A DNA stretch of 64,000 nucleotides from Octopus vulgaris (GCA_951406725.2 OX597815.1:147622001-147686000); one strand, 5' to 3'; shown: positions 1 through 13,215, numbered from the stretch's first letter. A program made the numbers and translations. The notes: generated by a model not told the origin, from the letters alone.

Positions 1-93
1 TATATGTACATATGCATATAGTTGGCTGGATTGTGAATGTATGTGTCTATTGTGTGTATTGTGTAGTGAACTGTGGGTAATATTGGGCGCTTG

Positions 94-130
<37 letters not shown>

Positions 131-515
131 TTTATTTAAAGCAGCAGAAAATTCAACAAAATCTGTTACTGTGAGTTTCTCGTTGCCGTTCATCAGACAG
201 TTTTTGTTAGAATGGAACCGATATATCAATTCAATCCAGACTCTTACAAACGCTACACCTTTAAAAAAATGGACTTGTTTGATTGGCCCTTTAGAAATAA
301 CGGTCAATCTTCGAGCGATAAACAAAAAATGAGCTCAAAAATATATATGTATATATAAAAAAGTATAAAAATTATAAAATTCGAGGAAAAACCTTACATT
401 GAATAAAATACATATTGACGTTAATGAAGGAAATATAATTAATACATAGAAATTAAAATGCATTATAAATATTACACTGCAATACATATTCATATTAAAG
501 TGTACATATATATAT

Positions 516-745
516 TTCTTTACTACCCACAAGGGGCTAAACACAGAGGGGACAAACAAGGACAGACAAAGGGATTAAGTCGACTACATCGACCCCAGTG
601 CGTAACTGGTACTTAATTTATCGACCCCGAAAGGATGAAAGGCAAAGTCGACCTCGGCGGAATTTGAACTCGGAACGTAACGACAGACGAAATACGGCTA
701 CGAATTTCGCCCGGCGTGCTAACGTTTCTACCAGCTCGCCGCCTT
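516..745 (-). mobile_element. tRNA-derived SINE, full length (family A; central domain resembles the MetaSINE domain)
   Basis: Minus strand reads ggcggcgagctggtagaa (A-box-like) ... gagttcaaattcc (B-box-like) ... gcctttcatcctttcggggtcgataaattaagtacc. Flanked by an 18 bp target-site duplication aagtgtacatatatatat (498-515 and 746-763). Many relatives in the window. Domain name is from recall. Confidence 0.85.
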
Positions 746-1379
746 AAGTGTACATATATATATCAACATACACAGAAGGATGCGTGCAAACGTCATACAT
801 ATACAGACGTATAAATATAAATCTAAAATATACACACAAATGCATGCATACATATATATACGCAATCTATCTCGCACGCAAGTTAAAATCATCGATGTTA
901 ATGTAGCGTTCCTTATTTACGGAGCAAAGCTTAAGACAAGTAAGTGAGGGGGACGTAAAGTTGTATGCATCAGTATCAGTTAGAGAAAAAAAAACGAAAG
1001 AAAGGAAGAGAGAGAAAAAGGAACGAAAAGGGGGAAGGAAAAAGAAAAAAAGAGGGGTGGGGAAAAAAACGAAGTAAGAAAAATTATGTATACAAGCTGT
1101 GTAACCACGTTATTGACATATATATAGAGACAAGTATACAAAAAACATGTTCAAATGGATACGTACACATACAATCGTGTATGTGTGTGCTTAAGCACAA
1201 ACATACGCACTGTTACACATACACAGAGACGCATGCTTACAAATACATATCCATGGCTATACACATATTTATATTTATATTTATATTATATTTATATTTA
1301 TATTTATATTTATATATATATATATACATTTTCAATTCTTGAATGTGTGTGTATATATTGCGCGGTTATATATATATAT

Positions 1380-1592
1380 ACCAAATTTAGAGGAATCACA
1401 ACTAAAGTGGATACACTATATGCTAAATATAGTCGTCAAATCGCCATTACCTATATGTTTAGCATATAGGGTGTCCACTTTAGTGGTCATTCCTCTAAAT
1501 TTTGTGTGTATTACAATTTTTAATCTTCAGATTTTTTAAAATATGCTATGCCACTGGTTTTAATTGATTAACATCAATTTCTAACCTTATTA
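1380..1592. repeat. Fold-back inverted repeat plus Penelope-like terminal motif
   Basis: caaatttagaggaatcacaactaaagtggatacactatatgctaaatatag is the near reverse complement of ctatatgtttagcatatagggtgtccactttagtggtcattcctctaaattttg. Followed by gccactggttttaattgat..., which is shared with about 13548, 43497 and 54632. Confidence 0.7.
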
Positions 1593-1934
1593 TTTAATTG
1601 GTGACATATGCAAGCTTAACGGGCTGGGAGCGCATAGTCACAAATCTGCACGCGGGCGGCTCAGAGCCCATCTAACGTCGCTGCTTTGTTGAAAGAACAA
1701 AAGCATCTTTTGGCAAGGTCGAGAGCGTCTGAACAGCCCTCCTTAAGGTAGCCCTACTCACCCAGAAATCTGAGAAAGGTCTAGAAAAGGTGACGCAAAA
1801 AAATGCTTGTTCTACCATCAAGCTGGGTAGCAACCTGCAGCTGAGAGCTGTTCTCGTCAGGAGGAAGAATACAAAGAGAAAACATGTAAGCAAGAAATAT
1901 AAATTATGGTTGAGTGTATGGACATTGTCCTGGA

Positions 1935-2950
1935 CATGAAGTTGGAATAAAAATCAAACGTGAAACTTTGCGTTAAACTTGGGAAGTCTGCTACAGAGAC
2001 AGTTTACAGTAACGAGACAAAGTGTCTTACGCAATTTTCAAGTCGTAGGGGCGCTTCAAAAGTGGTAGAGCGTCTTTGGAAGACGATGATCAAACTGGAA
2101 AATCTGCCACGAACTTCACACCCGGAAACGTGGAAAAAATTCATCAGCTTCTGCAGGAGGATCGTTTGAGGACAATCAACGACGTTTCTGATATTGATGG
2201 TTTGGCGTATGGATCTGGATAGGCAATCCTAACGTCTGAGTTGAAGATGCAACGCATCTCTGCCAAGTTCGTTTCCCACCTGCTGATCAATGAGTAAAAA
2301 ATCATCACGTTAAACTCTGTCAATGCTGCCTTTTGCGTGTTGCTGATGACCCGTCCTTCATGTCGAGGATCGTCAACTGTGACGAGAGTTGGGTCTATGG
2401 GTACGGCTCTGAGAAGCAGCAGTAGTCATCACAATGGAAGACCCCGTCATCACGACCAAAAAAGGTATGACAGAGCCGCAGCTGAATGTGGAGCATGCGC
2501 ATCATTTAAAAAAATATTTTTCGATATACGCAGTATCGTGCATAAAAAATTCACACCCCAGGGACAGACCCTCAATCGAAAGTTCAACTGTGACGTTTTC
2601 AATTGTTTGAAGGAGTACCTTCGGCAAAAAGCGCCAGGATTTCTGGAGCGCGAAGAATTGGATTCTTCAAGAGGAAAATGAACCCTGTCACTGGGATCTA
2701 CTCATTCGTGAGTTTCTCACCAGAAACAATATGGTATCGCTTCCACACCCACTCGGTTCGCCAGATTTAGCACCTGGAGACTTTCATCTCTTCAGCAAAA
2801 TAAAAATGCAGTTCAAAGTCCGCTGTTTTAACACCGTGTCGAAATTCAGAGCGACTCACAGAAGGTTTTCGATCCACTTACGGAAAACAAATTTCTACCT
2901 GGATCTCGAATGCGGGTAGAATGCAGGGCAAGGTGACTAGTTTGAAAGAG
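1935..2950 (+). pseudogene. Decayed mariner transposase
   Basis: Across frameshifts and stops: NVKLCVKLGKSATET (N-terminal HTH), ISAKFVSHLL (WVPHEL-equivalent), CDESWVYGY (first catalytic D, TGDE motif), FFDIRSIVHKKFTPQGQTLN, HPLGSPDLAPGDFHLFSKIK (YSPDLAP motif). Confidence 0.9.
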
Positions 2951-3049
2951 ATGATGTTAAAACGTATGTAAAGATGTATTCTTTTTTATTAAACATACCT
3001 AATCCTAATCGTATATATTTAATTTATTCGTATACATACTTATATAATA

Positions 3050-3050
3050 T

Positions 3051-3119
<69 letters not shown>

Positions 3120-3142
3120 CTATATGTATATATATATGTATG

Positions 3143-3186
<44 letters not shown>

Positions 3187-3218
3187 AATATATATATATA
3201 TATATCGTACATATATAT

Positions 3219-3268
<50 letters not shown>
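3050..3268. repeat. Compound (TA)n microsatellite
   Basis: Direct observation; one of dozens of similar tracts. Confidence 0.95.
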
Positions 3269-3269
<1 letters not shown>

Positions 3270-3270
<1 letters not shown>

Positions 3271-3460
3271 TCATCATCATGATTTAACGTTCGTTTCCTA
3301 TGCTGGCATGGGCTGGGTGGGATGAAGGACAGCTGGTACGCTGTGAAGCTGCAGCAATTTCGCATCTGATTTCGTATGGTTTGTACTGCTAGATGTCCTT
3401 CTCAAAGCTAACCACTCTAAAGTGTAGTGACTGCTTTTTACGTGCTATAGGCACAGGTGC
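3270..3460 (-). mobile_element. 3' fragment of a SINE with an RTE-like (GAT)n tail
   Basis: Minus strand ends ...gccagcataggaaacgaacgttaaatcatgatgatg, resembling RTE-related SINE tails as I recall them from octopus. Confidence 0.55.
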
Positions 3461-4021
3461 TAGAAATAATATATTTAATATAATATAGGTGTTGCTACTT
3501 TATATCTATGGAGATCCTTTGATATCATTATAAACAAACGAATTATATGCATTGTATCTATGACCGATTTCTACGGAACTGATATAGACAAAGGTGCGTT
3601 CTATATAACTGCATTTAAATTGTACACAAAGAGTTGTTGTAGCAGTTGTAAAGTCGTAAGGAGAAAAGTAACATAACATATTTGGATACCCGAATGTTTG
3701 CAATGTGGTACAGCTTTGCATCTTCAGTACCATGTACAACGACCGAGATATGAAGCCAGTACTTTAATATGGGATGTACTTTACCTGAAATTTGTTCAAA
3801 ATTGCATTGTACTGCTGCGTTGGATGAACATTTTATGTGTCGTTACATTTTGTCTCAAAAATCCTGAAGAAGGCGATCATTTATCACAACTGGATTGGAG
3901 TCTTATCTTTCCAAATGACAGCCAAACGAGAGATTTCGATTCGGTCTATTTCTGTGATGTCATCATGCATTTATATATTATATTATTAGGTTGTACAAAG
4001 AACTTAGACATGTATATTCTT

Positions 4022-4241
4022 CATTATTTACATCATTTACATTTGATGGATATTTGTCTTCATCTTGTTTGTTGGTAACACAGATTTTCGGCTGATATAC
4101 CCTCCAGCCTTCATCAGGTGTCTTGGGGAAATTTCGAACCTGAGTTCTCATTCCTAAGGTATTTCACCATGGGCATATGCTGTAGTGGTTAAGAACGCGG
4201 GCTACTAACCCCAAGATTCCGAGTTCGAGTCCAGGTAGTAA

Positions 4242-4301
<60 letters not shown>

Positions 4302-4495
4302 TAATAACAACAAAAACAACAGCGAAAAATACTTTAGGAACGAGAACCCAGTTTCGAAATTTCCCCAAGACACACGGTGAAGGCTGGAGGGTATATAAGC
4401 CGATAAACAACAAACAAGATGTGGACAAATACCCATCGAATGTAACTATTGTAAATAATGTACATAATTCCTCATCTCTTAAATATAGAACTGTA
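4022..4495 (+). mobile_element. Composite non-autonomous retroelement: inverted arm + tRNA-like head + (AAT)n + HHR-bearing Penelope-like tail
   Basis: 4022-4165 is the reverse complement of about 4325-4460. tRNA-like head 4171-4245 (tgctgtagtggtta A box, gagttcgagtcc B box), (aat)n 4246-4300. Candidate 7 bp duplication tattctt at 4015-4021 and 4500-4506. Confidence 0.75.
4077..4122 (-). ncRNA. Minimal type I hammerhead ribozyme motif (stem III/cleavage site mutated)
   Basis: Minus strand: GACAC CUGAUGA A GGCUG gagggtatat CAGCC GAAA AUCU GUGUU. Stem I GACAC/GUGUU, stem II GGCUG/CAGCC. The relative at about 29992 keeps GAAACGUUGUGUU. Confidence 0.7.
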
Positions 4496-5585
4496 TGTTT
4501 ATTCTTGCTTTTTCCTCATATTTTCACATATTTATTGTAGAATAACGCTACCGTATCCTGACACGGAAGCACTTTATGTTTTCTTCAATATGTCGGAACC
4601 CTTTATGAAAATCAACTTCGTTCGTAAAGATTGATAAAGTAAAAGCTCTGCACCTGAAAATGATTATATGCCAAGCGTATCACAAGTGCCTGAATGATAT
4701 ATAATACGTGAGAATATACCATATTATTACATATGTTATAAAATGACCATGCACAGATCATGCTGCTTGAAAAGAATTAAAATTAAGTTGGAAAGTTTAT
4801 GGAGGCAAAGAGCTGCATATATCAAAATCCATGCAATATTGACAACCACTACAATGGAAGACATTCTGCATCCTTTTCCTTCTAGGGAAATATTTCCATT
4901 AACTAAAGGTTAATGCATAAACATGGTTTGTTGTAAATATATGTGCAAACATTTTGTAGGTCACTCATGGAAGCCATGTCCTTATCCCAAATAATTTTGC
5001 CATTGTTTAGGCTGTGCTTCTAAATAAAATTTCTTTTCACATTATATAATGACATTTTTCTTGAAAGGGCAATTTTGAAGTTGATTTAATCTTGATAAAG
5101 TGCATATTATTCAACTGAGTTGCTAGATGAATGCAATGAAAACCCTACGGTATTTTATCAACCTATTGTATTGGAATTAAATGCCATCGGGACATGTTAA
5201 AACTACATGTTTTCTTAAATGAAACGGAGTACTACAATAATCATATGCATTTCGGATATGTAAAAGCCATGAAAATTTCAGAGGGAATATAATAAATCTT
5301 TGGTAACTCAAATTACATGTTGTACTCACAGGCTTTATCACAAAATACTGAATGTTTAAGAAATAATTCAAAATTACGCCAATTCAAGACCAATATATTT
5401 ATAATATTACAGCAAGGTTAAACTGATTTTTTTAAATATTACTCAGGTGTATACTTTTACATCCATAGTTACACACTCACAAACACTCACTGTATCTAAC
5501 CAGTCTGGTTAGAGAATTTTGTTGGGTGACTTGTTGGCTTTACTCCTATCTGCCTATAGCGCAATCGTCGTTTCTTTTTCATGAC

Positions 5586-5623
<38 letters not shown>

Positions 5624-5721
5624 ATCCCCCAAAACTAAGAACAAGCAACAGAAAATGCAACAATGCAAGTACGTCGTACATGTAAAGTATTTGCAGACGC
5701 CCAATGAAGGAAAGAAAGGTT

Positions 5722-5756
5722 GTTTTACGTTTTGAGGAAAGTTCTTCGTCAGAAAC
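5722..5756 (-). ncRNA. Degenerate minimal hammerhead motif in a Penelope-like remnant (about 5620-5820)
   Basis: Minus strand: GUUU CUGACGA AGAACUUUCCUC AAAA CG UA AAAC. Stem I GUUU/AAAC intact; GAAA mutated to AAAA; flanked by (TA)n. Confidence 0.45.
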
Positions 5757-5853
5757 AGTAGATGGAGGTACGTTCAAGAGAAAAGGGAGACAGGGCAAAA
5801 AATCGCCAACGATTCACATATTGTTACACACACACACACCCGCACAAATATAC

Positions 5854-5945
<92 letters not shown>

Positions 5946-7019
5946 GGATAAGAATGGTTTTCCAGTATCCTCATTAGAAATATATGCAACCTGCAAACTA
6001 ATTTTTCCAGGTATACGTGGAGACATATAACGACGCCGGTCCTGAATATCGTTGCAAACGTAAACCTAAGAATTTTAGATTCTGGGTGCAAGAAACATTT
6101 AAGATTTACCGATCAACGACTTTTTATTCAATATCGCATGCAAACGATATTCCTTGCAAAGAGAAAATGTGCAAAATTTAAATGTCTTAGGATTCCGTTA
6201 GCCTAATATAAACAGGATCGCAATCATGTTCATCACTCATTACAACATCTTACGTTTATCATGATTGACAATTGCCCAAGTAACATAAACACAAACGTAC
6301 ACTCTCCATTTTGCAAATGTACACACACTATCTCCATCTAAAACACCAGCATGAAACTAGCTGCAACTAGTAGATATTTTACAAAAAGTCATCGCTTCAT
6401 ATCAACTGACCTAATCCCCTTCTAATTCACATTATATATCCTCATCGCCTTCCATACAGGCAACCGTCTTACATTTATCGTTATGTTTATTCATATATAT
6501 GTCACGTAGCTGAATTGTATTGTTCTCGCCATTTTCCCAATATTTTCCATACATAAACTTCTGAATAATTGTAACATTACGTTTTGCTTCTAATATCCTT
6601 GCATCAATAACACTTTAACGATATGAAAATTATGAGATCCATTCTTACATAATTGTAATAACAATCTTGTTAATTTCCTTTCTATATTTTCATTGTATCT
6701 TTAATGTATGCGCTTATTAAATATTTTTGCGGGTTGTGGAAATCATTATTATTACCATCATCCCTATTATAGCTTTTCCCACCTTCAACACTCCTACCTC
6801 CATTACTTAATTAATTGTAGCTCATCATTAATCATCCATTATCCTTTATTATTTCTCCATTTCTTTTCTGTATTTTCCTCATTTTATTTATTCCTCACTG
6901 TCGCTAACGTATGTCATTTTTTTTTTTGTTTTTACCTAACCTATGTTTCACTTTATTATTTCTTAATTTATTTATCACTTACACTTCCATTTGTTTGGCA
7001 TCACGGAAAAATTAAATCT

Positions 7020-7620
7020 TTATATCCTGGAATCATTAACGTGCCGGAGAAAATGGCCGACGATATATGTCTTCCGTGAATACGTTTTGGGTTCCACATT
7101 ACCACTTGTCCTCTGGACGACAATAAAATAAATAACAGTTGAACAATGGAGTCTATTTCATAGACTTATCCCTTTCCCCGAAATTGTTGATCACGTGTCA
7201 TAATTTGAAATAGGTATTTCTTCCAGTTTTCATTTCGTCCCTCTTTACGCTCTGAGTTCAAATTCCGCCACGGTCGATTTTGCCATTTATCCTTTAGGGA
7301 CAAAGAAATAAGTATGAGTCAAGCACTAGAGTCGATGTAACCAATTACTCCTCCCTCCCCACGACAATTTCAGAGCTTGCGCCTGTAGTGGGAAGGGTGT
7401 TTCTACCAGCTCTAAAGATGGTGATCCCGCAGAACCGTGAAGCTTCTTGGGTCAAATGCACCGTCTTTATGTTCTGAGTTTAAATTCCGCCACGGTCGAC
7501 TTTGCCTTTCATACTTTCGGGATCAACAAAGTAAGTACTACTTGAATACTGTGGTTGATGTAATCGACTAACCCCCATTTACGAACTTTCTGGCCTTGTG
7601 CCAACATTTTGAAACCGATA
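7020..7620 (+). mobile_element. Three head-to-tail degenerate family A SINE copies
   Basis: ctgagtt(c/t)aaattccgccacggtcga(t/c)tttgcc at about 7251 and 7474, plus a more decayed copy at about 7030-7200. Confidence 0.7.
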
Positions 7621-7779
7621 GTTCTTAATGCTCTAATTTTAAATATAGACGCTGTCGACCTTACTATATATCATTTGGAGGTGGGGGCTGATAATATAAA
7701 TATCCATTTCTTTACTACCTACAAAACCTAGAAAACATTAATCAATCTGTTTTATTCTTATTTCTATAGTGATAAATAT

Positions 7780-8080
7780 GAAAGCACATGGCCTAATGTT
7801 TGGAGCAGCGGACTCGCAGTCGAGGGATCGCGGGTTCGAATCTCAGACCGGGCGATGTGTATGTTTATGAGCGAAACACCTAAGCTCCACGCGGCTCCGG
7901 CAGAAGGTAATGGCGAACTTCTGCTGACCATTTCGTCACAACTTTCTCTCACGCTTTCCTCTTGCATCTTGCAGCTTACCCGCGACGAACCGGCGTCTCG
8001 TCCAGGTGGAGAATCTATACGACAAAGAAACCAGAAAAGTGGCCCTTATGAGACGGACGTGGCTCGAGAAGGAACAAACA
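7780..8080 (+). mobile_element. tRNA-derived SINE, full length (family B; V-domain-like)
   Basis: tggcctaatgtttgg A box, gggttcgaatctc B box, cgcgacgaaccggcgtctcgtccagg resembling the V-SINE domain, aacaaaca tail. 14 bp TSD atagtgat(a/t)aatat at 7766-7779 and 8081-8094. Confidence 0.85.
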
Positions 8081-8495
8081 ATAGTGATTAATATCATTTC
8101 CATAAAGAAAATGGGTAACTTCCCTATCCCTAACCGATTGTTTACGAATGTTCAGGTCATCAAAAGAGTTGTTTTGTGTTATTTTCAATGTTCTATTATG
8201 AAACACTGGAAGGGCAATTTTAGCCTTTTATTTATTTATCGAGAAAGTACCAGTCTTGCGTTATTCTCCATAATTTCGATTTACCCCTCAGTACATCATT
8301 GCTAGACTTGTGACTAAATAAAGAAGAATAGATATTATCGCTGATGCGACTCTTCTTAAATAAAATGTGTATCGTTGTATTCGACTGATGGATAAAACCT
8401 AGATTTCTAATTTCGTAAACAGCGTGCAATTAGTAGAGGGTTTCAAGCTTTTTCTGTCTTTCCTTGTTTCTCTCATGTTTAAAGACAATGTACAT

Positions 8496-8905
8496 TTACT
8501 CTTTTACTCTGTTTTACTTTGTTTCAGTCATTTGACTATGGTCATGCTGGAGCACCGCCTTTAGTCGAGCAAATCGACCCTAGGACTTATTCTTTGGAAG
8601 CCTAGTACTTATGCTATCGGTCTCTTTTGCCGAACTGCTAAGTTACAGGGAGGTAAACACACCAACATCGGTCGTCAAACGATGTTGGGGGAACAAACAC
8701 AGACACACAAACATATACACACACATACACATATATACATATATACGACAGGCTTCTTTTAGTTTCCGTCTACCAAATCCAGTCGCAAGGCTTTGTTCGG
8801 CCCGATGCTATAGTAGAAGACACTTGATCAAGGTGCCACTCAGTGGGACTGAACCTGGAATCATGTGGTTCCTAATCAAGCTACTTACCACACAGCCACT
8901 CCTAC
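8496..8905 (-). mobile_element. tRNA-derived CORE-like SINE, near full length (family C)
   Basis: Minus strand: ggagtggctgtgtggtaag ... ggttcagtcccact ... ccttgatcaagtgtcttctactatagc (CORE-like) ... internal (TA/TG)n ... tccagcatgacc ... gaaacaaagtaaaa tail. Homologous to 15718, 32845, 35836 and 59845. Confidence 0.85.
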
Positions 8906-11019
8906 CGAGGATATTTTCTTAGTTATTCAACAATATGTAGAGTACGACTGCTTAGACATGTAATCTTTTAAAAAAATTTCATAAATAAATATGCAAAAAG
9001 AATGGAAAAAAATGCAAGAAATCTAGAATTAATCTTGTTTCAAAAAAAAAAAAAAGAAAGAAAAATGGAAATGACAACAACGATAATATCTCGTCTGATT
9101 ATTTTCCACAAACATGTCTATACATAAGACATCAAACAAGGGGAATCTTTATTTGAATATATCACAGTTGGAAAGGAAAGCCTTGGAGGATTGTGTAGGA
9201 CCAACATTTTGCTCCTTGACATAGACGTTTGATCAAATGCAAAAGAGAGGCATATTGAGGTAATCCTTTTTTGTGCGGGGTGGGGTCCATAAAAGCATTG
9301 AAAGATGCTCTTGATTATGTATGAGACATTTTGTCAAATTAATGTGCCAAGACGCTCGGCGTTGCCTGCGTGCTGTTAAAGCTTCACCATAACCTTATAC
9401 ATACACGTTCACCAGAATTCATTGGTGGAGGGCAACATTTCGAAGCATTAATTACAGTATTATCCCATGGGATTTTGTCGTTTGTATATGACAATAAGGG
9501 AGAGCGGCGATGGATGAAGCTATGAGAAAAAATGTTGTCGGGAAGAGACCGTGTTAGGATTTCCCATGACAAAAAAATCATTCTAGATTGATAGCCAATC
9601 ACTGGCATGGCCATACAACTATTGAGTCACATATAACAGTTAAAATTTTGGAATCAATACACACTTACTTGTTTTATGTGAAGAGGAGCTAAAAATGAAA
9701 CAAAAGTTAACTGTAAGATAATAGAATTTGGTGAATGTCATCCAGAAACTCACTGACCCAATACTCAGAATATGTTATTTTAACTCCTCTTAAAAAATTC
9801 CGCCACCGAAGATTCAGAAATTGGCAAAGGCCATGTCTCTGTTCGAACTCTCTCCAATGTCTCCGTAATTATGTGCATAATTATTAGTTTAGGGTACTTC
9901 GCCTTGAGCTACTTCAGACGTGTGTATTTCTGTTGTCACCCTGACTGTTCAGGAGTAGCTTGCCAATTTTGCTTATGCATTAATTGTGGCTATCAGCAGC
10001 AGGCGTAGCTTAAAATCCCTTTCCATCACCATGGAAACTAAGCAACAAAAATTCGCTGTCTGCAATGTCATTTAAACTCTCTGACTACAGATAAAACGAG
10101 TCCGTATTAGCGAAAAATTCCGGAATAGCGCCAAGGTATTCAGACGCAATTTGAACTTCGTAGTATTACTTTGAAAATCCACTTGAATTTTGTTGTGGAG
10201 AAGGATCTCAATCCTTTGAAGTGCTCCTTTTTTTATGAGTGTTCTCATGATAACAATTTAAAATCTGTGGAGTAGTACTTAGGTCACTTGCAACACTTCA
10301 TTCCAAGTTTAATTGTACCAACACATACCATTTAGCAGGAGGATTTGTCGTGAAGAGCGTTCGTGTCTCCATGTATTCTCTCCCTTGCTGCAGAACACAG
10401 AGAGCACCCAGTCCATTTCAGACATTCCTTTGTATCGGCCAACGTAGTATGTTCTATTCTATAATTTTTTTCTCATAAAAATGAAGTCGTCTACTTTACC
10501 CTAAAACAAAACACATCGCTTTGCGCCATCTAAATTTGTGATTAATAGAAATAAAAAGCTCCATAAATTTAATGCTTTCGTCGCTGGTAATGGTCGTCTT
10601 AGACTTGAGGTGGAGTTGCTATTATGGATTTTCTTAGCCTTCTGGTTCTTGCAACTGTTCCTTCTTGGTCACAATGAGGATTACGAAGTAGAGGGACTTG
10701 CCAATCTGCATTCACATAACTTGCTGTGATGCAGTTATATATTTCTTGTTTCGAAAGCCTAGAACAGATGACCAGATCTTTTACGGTTCATCTACGTCAG
10801 TTAATTCGCGGTATAACCTAAATGAGAGAGAGAGAATTTTCATCACATCTGTTCTTTCTTCTTCACTTGAAATCTAACTAGACTATTTTAGCGTAATATT
10901 GAACATATTTGAAAAATGTTAAACGGTGCAGGATTAAAAGTGCATTCGAAAATTTAAAAAAAAGATGGTAAATATATTGTTACTCACTGTGTCTCTGGTA
11001 TAGTTTAACATTGTTGCTG

Positions 11020-11990
11020 ATGCTAGATATTGAGAAAAGTAACTACATTATCTGCATGATTTCCCCCTCTAATGCAATTTCCTGATTCCAACATATACGG
11101 TATTAGAGCATAACAGACTGGATTTAGTGGTAGTAGACGAGATGCACCACGTATTCTGTATAGTTGATGCTGCATGACCCTTTTACCCACGAATAGTCAA
11201 GAAGGATGGCGAAAAGATAGATAAATACAACCCTGCTATGGAAAATGTAGAATGTGAAGATAGTGCCAATTATTGTTGGATTCTTGCGAAAAGTATCAGA
11301 AAGTAACAAGAGGAATATATAGGAAATTAGAATAGAGTGCCCTGTAGAAATGTTATAAAATGTTTTTCCTCGTTAGAACGGCCAGAATAATCGGTAAAGT
11401 ATTAGATAGCTGAAAAGAAGGGATAGTATGGTACCATGGGCTTCAAGTAGCAAGCCTGCTATGCATGTGAGACTGCAGAAGTACCAAGAAAACCTGTGAC
11501 AAAGAATAATAGAAGCTATAAGGCTTGATTTAGTAGTAGTAGATAGAGAATAGAAAGTACCAGATAATTGTGTTTACAGACCCAAATGATGAAAAAAATC
11601 AATACAAAGTACCAGGACCTAGCCATTGAATTACAGAGACTATAGAAAGCGCAGGTAAAATTACAGAGACTATAGAAAATGCAGTTATAGGTGTATTGGG
11701 AACTATCATTAATGATCTGAACAGAAGAATAGAGGAAATAGGCATAAAACCCAGTTCAGTACAATTCCAGAAAACATTGTTAATAGGGACAGCTAGGATA
11801 ATTAGTGAAGTTCTTGACAATTGAGTTTACTTGTTGTAGCCCGATAGGAGGGTTCTTGGCATCCAAGGTTACTTGTTGTAATCCGATGTTAGGACTGTCT
11901 TTTCTTATCCAACAGTTCAATCTGTTGAGTTGATATGAAAGCAACAACATCACTAACAACTACGACAACAACAACAACAGCAATAATGAT
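11020..11990 (+). mobile_element. Decayed R4/Dong-like non-LTR retrotransposon 3' end (restriction-like endonuclease)
   Basis: Fragments RIIEAIRLDLVVVDRE (RPD motif), KYQDLAIELQRL, VIGVLGTI...IGIKPSSVQFQKTLLIGTARIISEVLDN*, then a short UTR and an (AAC/AAT)n tail. Confidence 0.75.
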
Positions 11991-12201
11991 AAAAATATTG
12001 ATGGTCTCACTTCGGAAGCATATATAGCCAGACAAAATTTAATGTGTTTACTTGAATTTTCATTCAGTTACCATCTTTAGTTTGTACTTTTATAGATAAT
12101 AGCTTTTGCAATTCTCACCTTTTGTGTAACCGATTTCTTTCCGTCGTGTACGTGTGGCTGCGTTTGTTTGTATAATTTGAAATAGCCCCTAGCATAATGT
12201 T

Positions 12202-12233
<32 letters not shown>

Positions 12234-12343
12234 TGTATTTATTTAAGTATGTATATATATGTATGTGTATATATGTATGTGTATGTGTATAAATATGTAT
12301 GTATATATGTATATGTATTTATATATATGTATATATATGCATG

Positions 12344-12405
<62 letters not shown>

Positions 12406-12984
12406 AATTCACAATGTATTTATGTATAACTTCCATAGTAATCCTTGTATACAGAAATACTGTGTAAAACACATACATCTCGTCTCGTGCAAATCCCCAT
12501 TAAAAGATAGCAAACATTAATCTTTATGTTTGTGACACATTTTATTCATCAATATATCAGTCCAGTTGTACCAAATGTCTTCGATTCATTCAATGCTAAG
12601 TTCTTCGACATCTCCACTCACATGCCTACAATATATCAAGCATGTGCATCAGACATATGCTTACCAACAAACATATAGCTTCATCGAACGAAAACCCGTA
12701 TACATACAATTGAGGAACTACTAATTCTTACACATATTTATTTGTTGTAATTTGTTTTGTAGCAGAGATATATTCTACTGAAAAAAATGTCCTCTTAATA
12801 AATATTACCAGTTTTACTGTCATTTATGTATTACCAAAATTTCTATGGTTTTCTTTTCAGTTAAGAATATTTAGTCAGCTCCTTTCAGCCTAAGAGAAGC
12901 GTGAGATAGTCAAAAGGAAAGACATGATTTAAATATAATCGGGGTTATTTTATTTTGTTGAACGTTTGTATTACTTAACACTTA

Positions 12985-13215
12985 TTTTTCTACTTGATTT
13001 AGTCATTTGATTGCGGCCATGTTCCGGGAACCTGCTGAAGGGTGTTAGTCCAACAAAGAGCGCCAGTATCATAATTCTTCTTAAGGTCTGGTGCTTATTC
13101 TACTGGGATTCTATGCCGATCTACTAGAGTACAGAGTACAGAGATGTAAACTCTCCAGTATCTGTTATCAAGCGGTGGCGAAAAATACACACACACATAT
13201 GCAAAAGCACACACG
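12985..13215 (-). mobile_element. Family C SINE, 3' half
   Basis: tacttgatttagtcatttgattgcggccatg... homologous to 8515-8710. Confidence 0.65.

Noticed and set aside
4171-4245. Functional tRNA gene
   Set aside because: Acceptor and anticodon stems pair poorly, there is no oligo-T terminator, and it is embedded in a repeat.
9080-9640. piggyBac transposase remnant on the minus strand
   Set aside because: Only vague similarity (GAKCW resembling GIKxW); no catalytic motif or TIR identified.
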